This document shows positions 7,167 to 14,577 of a stretch of DNA of 64,000 nucleotides, piece by piece. The position numbers were made by a program, and so were the translations under genes. The DNA lies in the IMG/VR virus record IMGVR_UViG_3300046092_000062, positions 61,866 to 125,865 of that record; one strand, 5' to 3'. This DNA is from a virus. How positions within the stretch are numbered: position 1 is the first letter of the stretch; each line of letters opens with the position of its first letter. The notes under the pieces are model-generated. The model was not told the DNA's origin. It did not search any database and saw only the letters and a list, made by a program, of their open reading frames with translations.

Positions 7167-8375
7167 ATGATTAATTTAAAACTAGGATATTACTCATGCA
7201 ACGGAGTCACGTTCGATTCTAAGATTGCTGCATGTGTGTATTCTGTGCAGCACAATAACGCATTAGTTACGTGGACATTCAACGACCGAGAGTTTAATCA
7301 GCACAACTGGACACAAGAACCTGACCTAACACTGGATCAATTGTATGATATTAGATCAAAGCAGCTAAGAGATCAGTACGACTATGTTATATTGAGCTAC
7401 AGCGGCGGCGCCGACAGTCACAATATCCTAATGAGCTTTATTCGTCAAGGCCTCCATATAGACGAGATTGTGGTAAACACAACTGAGAAAGCTAGTGCAA
7501 GATTCACAGAGTTAGATAAAAACAATCTTGACCCCCGCAATGCAGGAGCAGAGCATGTGTTTCAGACGTTGCCTAGACTACGTGAAATTCAGGGATTGAT
7601 CCCTAAAACAAAGATTAGTGTGTTGGATTTGTCGGATCATCTATTTGAGAGTTTTTCAAAAGCCGATGATGCTAGCTGGGTATTAGAAAAGCGCGAAAGC
7701 CTAAACCCAGCTGGAGTAACACGGTTTAATTATCTGCACTTTGATCAATTGCGCAAACAGTTTGATAAAGATAAAAAAATTGCATTAGTGCTAGGAATCG
7801 AAAAGCCCAGGGTGTTTATTAGACACGGACAGTTGGTACTACGGTTTACAGACCGTGCGGCCAACATTGTTACTGTAGCAGAACACGTTAAAGAATACAC
7901 AAATAGCACAGTAGAATTCTTCTACTGGAGTCCAGATGCAGTGCCAGTGGTTATCAAACAAGCGCACACTATCAAGCGATGGCTTGAGGCTAATCCAGAC
8001 AAACAGCATCTCTGGGACGTTGACACACTAACACCGGAGATGGTGAGACTAGTGCATGAGCGAGTGTACAGACCACTGCTATACACTACGTGGGACAACA
8101 GTTGGTGGCAATCAAACAAAGCAGTTAACGATTGGACAAGCGAGTTTGACCAGTGGTTTAAGGATGGGTACAGTGATACTCGTGCTTACCAAGTGTGGGC
8201 AGAGGGTATTGAGTATGTTCGTGAAATTTTGCATCCTTACATAAACACTACTCATCTTGTTAATGGTCAAGCAGACGGCCTTGACATATTTGTTAAAGAG
8301 TACTTAATTGGACCAGTGAAAAATCTTTGTCCAGAATTAAAGAATAAACTGTATAGGCATTTGCAAAATAAATAA
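7167..8375 (+). CDS. PP-loop superfamily ATP pyrophosphatase (SYSGGADS; PAPS-reductase/CysD-like fold)
   Basis: An SGGxDS PP-loop motif lies near the N-terminus. Confidence 0.6.
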   Translation: MINLKLGYYSCNGVTFDSKIAACVYSVQHNNALVTWTFNDREFNQHNWTQEPDLTLDQLYDIRSKQLRDQYDYVILSYSGGADSHNILMSFIRQGLHIDEIVVNTTEKASARFTELDKNNLDPRNAGAEHVFQTLPRLREIQGLIPKTKISVLDLSDHLFESFSKADDASWVLEKRESLNPAGVTRFNYLHFDQLRKQFDKDKKIALVLGIEKPRVFIRHGQLVLRFTDRAANIVTVAEHVKEYTNSTVEFFYWSPDAVPVVIKQAHTIKRWLEANPDKQHLWDVDTLTPEMVRLVHERVYRPLLYTTWDNSWWQSNKAVNDWTSEFDQWFKDGYSDTRAYQVWAEGIEYVREILHPYINTTHLVNGQADGLDIFVKEYLIGPVKNLCPELKNKLYRHLQNK

Positions 8376-8382
8376 CTAGCGT
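8354..8382 (+). promoter_or_regulatory. sigma70-type promoter TTGCAA-17 bp-TATAAT
   Basis: The -35 and -10 hexamers match consensus with a 17-bp spacer. A small ORF and a tRNA cluster lie downstream. Coordinates are approximate to within about 2 bp. Confidence 0.45.
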
Positions 8383-8408
8383 GTATAATACACAGAAGGG
8401 ACGATGCA

Positions 8409-8543
8409 ATGAAGTCAAGAGAGACAATCGAAAAGGCATACGGCAACGTCCCAAAAGAAATTGGGGTCACAGTTGATGTATTTAACTGGGTCCCGGAGTT
8501 TAGAGGTGTTAAGTATTACTGGATTCGTGCAGTAAGATTTTTC
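8409..8543 (+). CDS. small hypothetical protein (44 aa)
   Basis: An ATG with an AAGGGA ribosome-binding site lies between the promoter and tRNA-Ser. The ORF is below the track's size cutoff. Confidence 0.3.
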
Positions 8544-8548
8544 ACCAG

Positions 8549-8639
8549 GTAAGAATACGGAGTGTGGGCAGGCCGGTAATGCAGCACCCTGCTAAGGTGT
8601 AGACTTGTGATGAGCAGGTCATAGGGTTCGATTCCCTAA
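8549..8639 (+). tRNA. tRNA-Ser(GCT)
   Basis: 91 nt long. Acceptor stem GGAGTGT/ACACTCC, anticodon arm GCACC-CTGCTAA-GGTGT, a long variable arm, T arm TAGGG-TTCGATT-CCCTA, and an encoded CCA end. Confidence 0.7.
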
Positions 8640-8657
8640 CACTCCGCCAGTGATAAG

Positions 8658-8733
8658 TAAGTATAATGCGGATGTAGCTCAGCTGGTAGAGCACAACGTT
8701 GCCAACGTCGAGGTCGTCGGTTCGAACCCGATC
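8658..8733 (+). tRNA. tRNA-Gly(GCC)
   Basis: Close to E. coli tRNA-Gly(GCC). Acceptor stem GCGGATG/CATCCGC, anticodon loop TTGCCAA, T arm GTCGG-TTCGAAC-CCGAT, discriminator U followed by CCA. Confidence 0.8.
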
Positions 8734-8738
8734 ATCCG

Positions 8739-8815
8739 CTCCATAAATGGCTCTCTAGTTCCAATTGGCAGAACATCGGATTCCAAATCCGAGTGTTGGG
8801 GGTTCGAATCCCTCG
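8739..8815 (+). tRNA. tRNA-Trp(CCA), D stem GTTC/GAAC, i.e. a U11-A24 pair
   Basis: Acceptor stem GGCTCTC/GGGGGTC, anticodon arm TCGGA-TTCCAAA-TCCGA, T arm GGGGG-TTCGAAT-CCCTC, discriminator G followed by CCA. Confidence 0.8.
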
Positions 8816-8820
8816 GGGGT

Positions 8821-9280
8821 CGCCAATATAATGAAATCAAAATTCTCCGATTCCCAATTACGCACAATCACGAAAGTGGTTACATACCGCGTGATTATCA
8901 CATGTAGTCACATCATCAATGGGTTTATTGTTAGTGGTAGTCTTGCTCTTGGATTGCAAATTGCAGGCCTAGCAGCAGTAATTAACAGTTTGTTATTTTG
9001 GCTACACGAGCGCATGTGGAATAGGCTACAATGGAAACGTCTCCATTTAAACAGTTCTACGTTCGTAGAAACCAATCCTAGAAGCATCAGTAAGATATTA
9101 ACTTGGCGCATTTTCTCAATGTCTAGTAATTTTCTCATCCCTTACTTGATAACTGGATCATGGGGATCAGCAGCGGCATTCCTTGGGATAGCAGTAATAG
9201 TTAACATGGCTCTATACTATCTACATGAACGAGTGTGGAACATAGTTAAGTGGGGTAAACAGGTCAACGGCCTTTGGTGA
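8821..9280 (+). CDS. small membrane protein with an internal tandem duplication (two LxxLHER(M/V)WN repeats)
   Basis: ORF 8765..9280 trimmed to the ATG at 8821, after tRNA-Trp. The protein has two hydrophobic repeats. Confidence 0.5.
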
Positions 9281-9342
9281 AATGGATATCATATCTGTCT
9301 TCGAAACAGATGGTGGGAGTTCGATCCTCTCAAGGCCGACCA
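9268..9342 (+). tRNA. tRNA-Arg(TCG)
   Basis: Acceptor stem CGGCCTT/AAGGCCG, D stem GTGA/TCAT, anticodon arm TCTGT-CTTCGAA-ACAGA, T arm GGGAG-TTCGATC-CTCTC, and an encoded CCA end. The 5' end overlaps the preceding CDS by 13 nt. Confidence 0.6.
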
Positions 9343-9348
9343 AAATAG

Positions 9349-9377
9349 TTGACTTAGTCAACGGCAGTGTGTATAAT
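9349..9377 (+). promoter_or_regulatory. sigma70-type promoter TTGACT-17 bp-TATAAT, with the palindrome GTTGAC-TTA-GTCAAC overlapping the -35 hexamer
   Basis: Consensus -35 and -10 hexamers, with a 7-bp-arm inverted repeat lying across the -35. Confidence 0.45.
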
Positions 9378-9604
9378 ACAAACTGTTCATAAAAGAGTTA
9401 GCCATGAGCAAGGCAGCTTTCTGTTACCAGTGGTAGGCGTAGTATCAATAATCTTGCAATTAGTGGCCTGTGTTTAAGTATCGGGAACCCCCGAGGCAAC
9501 AAAACGATTTTAAAATTGAGAACCGTTTCGAGCCCACAACGTGTGGTCTAGGTAGGCATTCGCAAGATGCTGCTTGATCTAGATCATGGTTGCCCATCTG
9601 ATCA

Positions 9605-10240
9605 ATGGGGACCAAGTGGTCCGCGGTTGAAAAACAGAATTACATGGCTAACCCTTTTATGAATACATTAACGTTTCAGACCCCGGTACGTATAGTTAAT
9701 AACTGGGATAAAACCACACAAGTAGCAAAGCACTGCATCGATCTAGTAAAGAGTCAATCGGCCAGTATCACTAGGGAATACAAGTACAGCGATTACGGAT
9801 ATCACTATGAACTAGGATCAACTGGCACAGTTAGTCACATCACTAACGGTAGTGCAGAATGGTATTCAGTGACTGGTAAGCTAATAGAATCTACCATGCG
9901 CTTTTTGCCGCTAATGCTAGATGACCTAGCAGACCTTGACCCTACGTTTGCTAGCATTAACTACATGGTGGGCAATGGCGCAGAGCATAGGGATCACGAA
10001 AGTCAGCAAACTGGGTTCAATTATTTTTTTGCTGATTGTGACAGCACTACCTACGCAAGAAACGCAGACATCTGCGAATCCTATCCTAGCGTAAAAGACA
10101 CAGGGTGGATCCTTGATATCCAACAACTACACAGCATCTCAAATACAAACGAACGCATTTGGTTTAACCTTAGATTTGGTAAACCCTTTGCATATTGCAG
10201 AGATTGGTTTGCAGATCATTTGGTATTAACTTATGAATAA
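9605..10240 (+). CDS. hypothetical protein
   Basis: ORF track entry. Confidence 0.5.
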   Translation: MGTKWSAVEKQNYMANPFMNTLTFQTPVRIVNNWDKTTQVAKHCIDLVKSQSASITREYKYSDYGYHYELGSTGTVSHITNGSAEWYSVTGKLIESTMRFLPLMLDDLADLDPTFASINYMVGNGAEHRDHESQQTGFNYFFADCDSTTYARNADICESYPSVKDTGWILDIQQLHSISNTNERIWFNLRFGKPFAYCRDWFADHLVLTYE

Positions 10241-11408
10241 AATTATCTCAATTGAGCCTGCAATCGATCCAGTCAATCGTCCTACATTTTTGTTGGACTG
10301 GGAACTAACAATGAAGTGCAATTTGGATTGCGACTACTGCTCGACTGGCATTGAGTACGGTGGTCACGACAACAGCACAGCACATCCTCCTAAAGACGAA
10401 TGCTTAAAAACCATTGACTTCATGTTTGCTTATGCAGACAAGTACATGCAGCTAAAGCCCAAATGGCAGCGCATGGTGGTTCTCAATGTATACGGCGGCG
10501 AAAGTATATTTCATCCAGACATTGTTGAGATCCTAGAGCAGGTGCGAGCAAGACACACATACGATTGGCCATTGACTGTTACCTGCACAAGTAACGCAGT
10601 GGCTGGTAAGAATCTTTGGGAAAAGGTTGCAAACTTAATTGATGAGTTTACCGTTAGTTTTCACAGCAGTGCATTGCCTAAACAGAGACAGCAAGTACTA
10701 GACAACATACTTTATAATAAGGCTATCGGCAGGCGCCAAAAGGTGGTGTTTGTGATGCACAACGATCCTGTTTTGTGGGATATTAGCCAACAAGCTATTG
10801 AGTTTTGTAAAACACACGATGTTAGGTATGTAGTTAAAGCAAACGACACCCCTACACCTCAGTGGCAGTATAACAAAGAACAGTTTATTTACTTTCAAGA
10901 TTACTACAAGTCACGCACACCAGCTAAGAGTAGGGATGCTCTAACAAAGGCGCTGGATGCAGTGGAAACTGACACAGTTGGCATGGGTAAGGTCGGTCGA
11001 GGTTGTTGTGGTGGCCGAAAGCTATGCACTAACCAAGACCTACAACACCCAACAGCCTTTGTACCACATGCAGATTTCATGGGTTGGAGTTGCAGTGTTA
11101 ACTGGTACTTCTTGTACATTAAACAGATCAATGGCGATGTGTACACAAACAAGGATTGCCGTATGCGCTTTGATGGTACAGTTGGTCCAATTGGTAATTT
11201 GTCAAATGGTAATCTTATACTAGAACAAGTGCAGAAAAACATTGACAACAAAGCCATGCCTGTTATACAATGTGCTAGAACAAGATGTATATGCGGTTAC
11301 TGTGCTCCAAAAGCGCAAGACCCAAAAGATTTTGAAGCTATTATGGATAAACACATAGTTGACAAGCAAGTCAAATTTGTTTATAATAACAGCTTAGATG
11401 ATAAGTAA
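10233..11408 (+). CDS. radical SAM enzyme (CNLDCDYC) with a C-terminal Cys-rich SPASM/twitch-like region
   Basis: The CX3CX2C triad sits near the N-terminus, and several CxxC/CxC clusters lie in the last 150 residues. Confidence 0.7.
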   Translation: MNKIISIEPAIDPVNRPTFLLDWELTMKCNLDCDYCSTGIEYGGHDNSTAHPPKDECLKTIDFMFAYADKYMQLKPKWQRMVVLNVYGGESIFHPDIVEILEQVRARHTYDWPLTVTCTSNAVAGKNLWEKVANLIDEFTVSFHSSALPKQRQQVLDNILYNKAIGRRQKVVFVMHNDPVLWDISQQAIEFCKTHDVRYVVKANDTPTPQWQYNKEQFIYFQDYYKSRTPAKSRDALTKALDAVETDTVGMGKVGRGCCGGRKLCTNQDLQHPTAFVPHADFMGWSCSVNWYFLYIKQINGDVYTNKDCRMRFDGTVGPIGNLSNGNLILEQVQKNIDNKAMPVIQCARTRCICGYCAPKAQDPKDFEAIMDKHIVDKQVKFVYNNSLDDK

Positions 11409-11419
11409 TTTATCACAAT

Positions 11420-11503
11420 GCGTAAGTGGTGGAATGGTATACACTCTGGTCTTAGAAGCCAGCGCCGCGAGGATTGAGAGTTCGAGTCTCTCCTTACGCA
11501 CCA
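11420..11503 (+). tRNA. tRNA-Leu(TAG)
   Basis: 84 nt long. Acceptor stem GCGTAAG/CTTACGC, D stem GTG/CAC, anticodon arm CTGGT-CTTAGAA-GCCAG, a long variable arm, T arm GAGAG-TTCGAGT-CTCTC, and an encoded CCA end. Confidence 0.8.
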
Positions 11504-11533
11504 TTTATTATTTTAAGTTTTTCTAAAAAGTGC

Positions 11534-11562
11534 TTGACACTTAATGAAACTCTTGTTATAAT
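11534..11562 (+). promoter_or_regulatory. sigma70 consensus promoter TTGACA-17 bp-TATAAT (P1 of a tandem pair)
   Basis: Exact consensus hexamers. The spacer contains the AATGAAA motif shared with the other early promoters. Confidence 0.55.
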
Positions 11563-11585
11563 AGATACATGTTAAGAAATTAACA

Positions 11586-11603
11586 AACGTTCTTTAAAAA
11601 TTT
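11586..11603 (+). promoter_or_regulatory. boxA-like antitermination element CGTTCTTTAAAAATTT
   Basis: It resembles the rrn/lambda-nut boxA (GCTCTTTAACAA) and lies about 25 nt downstream of the P1 -10 hexamer. Confidence 0.4.
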
Positions 11604-11899
11604 GTTTTGATGTAAAGTAAGCAGGCGTACCACGCTAATAGGTTGCGTGACTCTTGTCGAAAATTTGGTCCAGATAGAAAGCTGGGAACTCTTGAGTAGT
11701 CTGTAAGCGGCTACTGTGGCGTCTAACACCTATGAGTTAGAAACGATCTGTTCCACGTAGCAATACGCAGGAAGAATGATTGCAATAGAGTAGAGTAACG
11801 CTCTACCGGTTGCATGAGGGTCAACTGAAAGACGCAAGTCTTACCCGTTACCTTGTAACCAGGTAAAAAGAGGCATCAAAATAAATTTCTAAATAACTG

Positions 11900-11928
11900 T
11901 TGACAGCAAATGAAAAGTTTGCTACAAT
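11900..11928 (+). promoter_or_regulatory. sigma70 consensus-like promoter TTGACA-17 bp-TACAAT (P2)
   Basis: The second promoter lies about 370 bp downstream of P1 in the same orientation. Confidence 0.5.
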
Positions 11929-11961
11929 AGCAGCTTAGTTAGACATTGTGCTAACTAACAA

Positions 11962-11976
11962 AGTTCTTTAAAATAG
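11962..11976 (+). promoter_or_regulatory. second boxA-like element AGTTCTTTAAAATAG, followed by the hairpin GTATAAG-AAGTT-CTTATAC
   Basis: The arrangement is the same as after P1, and a boxB-like hairpin sits directly downstream. Confidence 0.4.
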
Positions 11977-12602
11977 ATACGTATAAGAAGTTCTTATACA
12001 CATGCACATAAATGCGTAGGCCACGCAGATATGGTTGGATTCATAGCTTGGGCTATTGCCCAGGTTGGCAGGTTCGAAACCTGTGAGTGTGCAGTTGTAT
12101 AAGAATTTAGGGCAGTTTAATGTCCTGCAAAGAGTATGGTTCGCCCAGCTTGATGCGAAGAATAACTGTGGTGACACAGCCAAAGGAGGTATGCCTACAT
12201 AACTCCGCTAGCAATAGTTCATTTAGACAAGCCTGCTCACTCCTGTGAGGGAGCGTTCACTCAGCGACGGGTGGATGTAACAGTGACGCAAAGTGCATAG
12301 GGAAGAACGTTTGCTTACAAGCCTGAGATTGCATCAAGGGGAACTTGAGTAGATGGAAAGTAACAGGTGGTGCTGACTTCTATGCGAAACCAACTTTGTT
12401 AATTGGTATGAGAAAGGGTAGTGTATTGGTTCGAAGGGTTGCACCTAAGAGCTCGTATGCAGTTTTAGTGGTTGGTGGACGTAGTAATACGAACATTGGT
12501 CGCAAAAGACGACTGAGTAGCTCGCAAGGCAAAAGGTACGTGGTGTGTTGTATTGTGTATTCCAAAAGATTATGCAGCAACTGAGTCAGCACATCGCAGT
12601 AG

Positions 12603-12674
12603 GTTGATATAGTTCATTGGTAGAACATCTGTCTCTTAAACAGAATGCGGTGGGTTCAATTCCCACTATCATTA
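12603..12674 (+). tRNA. tRNA-Lys(CTT) (CCA end not encoded)
   Basis: D arm GTTC-ATTGGTA-GAAC, anticodon arm TCTGT-CTCTTAA-ACAGA, T arm GTGGG-TTCAATT-CCCAC. The acceptor stem GTTGATA/TATCATT has one U-U mismatch. Confidence 0.55.
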
Positions 12675-13359
12675 CAAAACGCAAAGACTGACTCGGTCGT
12701 ATGTGAAAAGCATCTAATACTTGAGCCGCAAGGTAATCAAGTCAGACGTAACTCGCAAGGTGAAATCTGTTTATGCAGGAAGTTTCGTAGCTACTTAGCG
12801 GTGGTGAATGGCTCTAAAGGTCAACGGGATAGAAAGCGTAGAATAGCATACGGCGACAAGACTACTGCCTGTCTTTAAAAACGGCGATGCTGACAGCAGA
12901 CTAGACTACTATGCAAATAGGGTTTAGTGGAAGTCGGAAGAAAGTAGACTCGCAAGGTTTACAATAATGTCCGAGGTGTTGTTAGGTTAGGATGTATTCT
13001 CAGTCCGCCAACTTATATGCAAACACATTAGTAAAAGTCTGTAAAAGGACGAAGCAACTGACTCTGTAATAGGAGCTGTTTGCTCAGTGTGTTTACATAT
13101 AAGTATGCTTTGATGGTTAAAGTTGGATAGGTAGTGGGTAGCTTGTGAAATCATAGTAGCAAGTCCACAGCAACCCAAACGGTAGAAGCAGCTTATTTGA
13201 AAGCACATTTGTTCCTGAAAGATTTTACGGTTTGGATGGTTCAGCAAATGTGTTTCCAAATAAGAATTTGGTGATTGTGTGGAGCTAAGGCGATTCGCTG
13301 GACTATGAAGCACGACGAGAGCGTTGAACTTGAAATAGGTTCAACCACCAGACTAATAT

Positions 13360-13435
13360 GGACGGTTGGCAGAGCGTTTATGCGCCGGATTGCAAACTCG
13401 GTATAAGGTAGGTTAGACTCCTACACCGTCCTCCA
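13360..13435 (+). ncRNA. tRNA-sized element with a perfect acceptor stem GGACGGT/ACCGTCC, discriminator U and CCA, but a non-canonical T loop (TTAGACT) and an unresolved anticodon arm (possibly a 9-nt loop ATTGCAAAC)
   Basis: It is 76 nt long, is preceded by ATATGG as the other tRNAs are, and has T stem GTAGG/CCTAC. Confidence 0.35.
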
Positions 13436-13730
13436 TTTTTGCTAGTTTTTTAAAACTAGTTGTGACGTATGGAGATGAGAGATTGCACCTCTAGTTAGCA
13501 CTTGACACGCTTACTGGAATATTAATCGTGATCCAGTGACCCGAGTCCCCTGGCTTAATTGCCTTGTTTGTTGACTCTCGGAAATATTGGTATCCTCTGC
13601 TTGTTGTATTTTGCTTTAGAAAACAGTTGCCTTGAAAATCAATTATATCTAATGTACATTGCACATTGTCCCGCAATTGACTTGCCATACGTTGCACCCC
13701 TATTAAAATCAAACAGAAAGGAACTCGATT

Positions 13731-14297
13731 ATGAAATTTACACTTCGCAAAGCAAACGCCCTACAAAACACAATCCAGGAACACATCAAGACGATCGACA
13801 TCGCATTGACGGTTTCCCTTAACGAGTTCCAAAGTTCAACTTCGGTGCTTGGTACCGCACGTGAGACATTGGTCCGCAACGATGCCAAGCGCACACAGTT
13901 GACCAAGGCCTTGTACGCAGTCCGTGCAAAGGTTGGTCGCGCCAACACAGAAGCCGGTGTTGCAGATCTGTTGACAGACGCTGCATTCATTGACAAGCGT
14001 TTGGGCTTCTTAAAAGGCCTAACTGAAAGCAAGGTTGTCGAAGAAATCGCAGTCATTGAAGGCAAGCTAGAAAAGCTTCGCGCACAAGACAACAAGAACC
14101 GTGTTTACGGTTACAACGACACAGTTGACACTGGTGTGCTTGAAGCGGACCAGATTGAAGGTTACAAGGCAGAAATGCGTGACCTGAAGAAACAAAAGCA
14201 AAGCATTAATGACAAGGTCCTGGAACTTAACGTTCGCACCGAGATTGAGTTGGATGCAGATACCGTTTCTTTGCTACAGGCAGAGCAACTGGTATAA
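13731..14297 (+). CDS. hypothetical protein (coiled-coil rich)
   Basis: Clean ORF with an AAAGGAA ribosome-binding site. Confidence 0.55.
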   Translation: MKFTLRKANALQNTIQEHIKTIDIALTVSLNEFQSSTSVLGTARETLVRNDAKRTQLTKALYAVRAKVGRANTEAGVADLLTDAAFIDKRLGFLKGLTESKVVEEIAVIEGKLEKLRAQDNKNRVYGYNDTVDTGVLEADQIEGYKAEMRDLKKQKQSINDKVLELNVRTEIELDADTVSLLQAEQLV

Positions 14298-14304
14298 ATA
14301 TTGA

Positions 14305-14379
14305 AGCAGAGTAGAGAAATGGTATCTCACCAGGCTCATAACCTGGAGACAGTTGGTTCGATTCCAGCCTTTGCATCCA
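14305..14379 (+). tRNA. tRNA-Met(CAT) (elongator, initiator or Ile2 type not resolved; positions 1 and 72 form an A-A mismatch)
   Basis: D arm GAGA-AATGGTA-TCTC, anticodon arm CCAGG-CTCATAA-CCTGG, T arm GTTGG-TTCGATT-CCAGC, and an encoded CCA end. Confidence 0.7.
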
Positions 14380-14385
14380 ATACAT

Positions 14386-14460
14386 GCCTTGATAGCTCAG
14401 GGGTAGAGCGTCTCCTTTACACGGAGAGGGTCCGCGGTTCGAAACCGTGTCAAGGTACCA
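14386..14460 (+). tRNA. tRNA-Val(TAC)
   Basis: Acceptor stem GCCTTGA/TCAAGGT, D arm GCTCAGGGGTAGAGC, anticodon arm TCTCC-TTTACAC-GGAGA, T arm CGCGG-TTCGAAA-CCGTG, and an encoded CCA end. Confidence 0.75.
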
Positions 14461-14468
14461 AAGGAAAT

Positions 14469-14542
14469 GCGGGATTAGTTTAATGGTAAAACGAGATCCT
14501 TCCAAGTTCAAGTCAGCGGTTCGATTCCGCTATCCCGCTCCA
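14469..14542 (+). tRNA. tRNA-Gly(TCC)
   Basis: Acceptor stem GCGGGAT/ATCCCGC, D arm GTTT-AATGGTA-AAAC, anticodon loop CTTCCAA, T arm AGCGG-TTCGATT-CCGCT, discriminator U followed by CCA. The anticodon stem is imperfect. Confidence 0.6.
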
Positions 14543-14550
14543 TAACATTA

Positions 14551-14577
14551 CCCCGCCTGGTGCGGGGTTTGCCATTT
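14551..14577 (+). terminator. rho-independent terminator-like hairpin CCCCGC-CTGGT-GCGGGG followed by a T-rich tail
   Basis: A GC-rich stem lies directly after tRNA-Gly. The U tract is short (TTTGCCATTT). Confidence 0.4.

Larger units (their letters stand above)
11504..13730 (+). ncRNA. 2.2-kb ORF-poor structured-RNA region (the promoter-boxA tandem, an embedded tRNA, hairpins, GNRA tetraloop motifs)
   Basis: No ORF longer than 110 codons on either strand. The region contains tRNA(s), the inverted-repeat bracket family, and three copies of GTA(G/A)(A)CTCGCAAGG. Confidence 0.4.

Noticed and set aside
8650-9138. ORFs 8650..8907(+), 8679..8867(-), 8908..9138(-) and the first 56 codons of 8765..9280
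   Set aside because: They lie across the tRNA-Gly/tRNA-Trp genes or antisense to a real membrane-protein gene. They are artefacts of open frames over structured RNA.
12505-12955. Possible CRISPR array from the repeated CTCGCAAGG motif
   Set aside because: The repeats are only 9 to 13 nt with irregular spacing of 190 to 235 nt, and there are no cas genes. They are more consistent with RNA tetraloop hairpins.
12345-13313. Short ORFs (70 to 108 aa) inside the 11.5-13.7 kb region
   Set aside because: There are no ribosome-binding sites, and they overlap each other on both strands inside a region dense in RNA structure motifs and a tRNA. They were treated as non-coding.
11504-13730. tmRNA, group I/II intron or rRNA fragment in the non-coding region
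   Set aside because: There is no tag-peptide reading frame or tmRNA tRNA-like/pseudoknot pair, no intron-encoded ORF or reverse transcriptase, and no recognisable conserved rRNA stretches. It is left as uncharacterised structured RNA.
14227-14511. ORFs 14227..14511(-) and 14301..14483(+)
   Set aside because: Both are made entirely of the tRNA-Met/Val/Gly genes.
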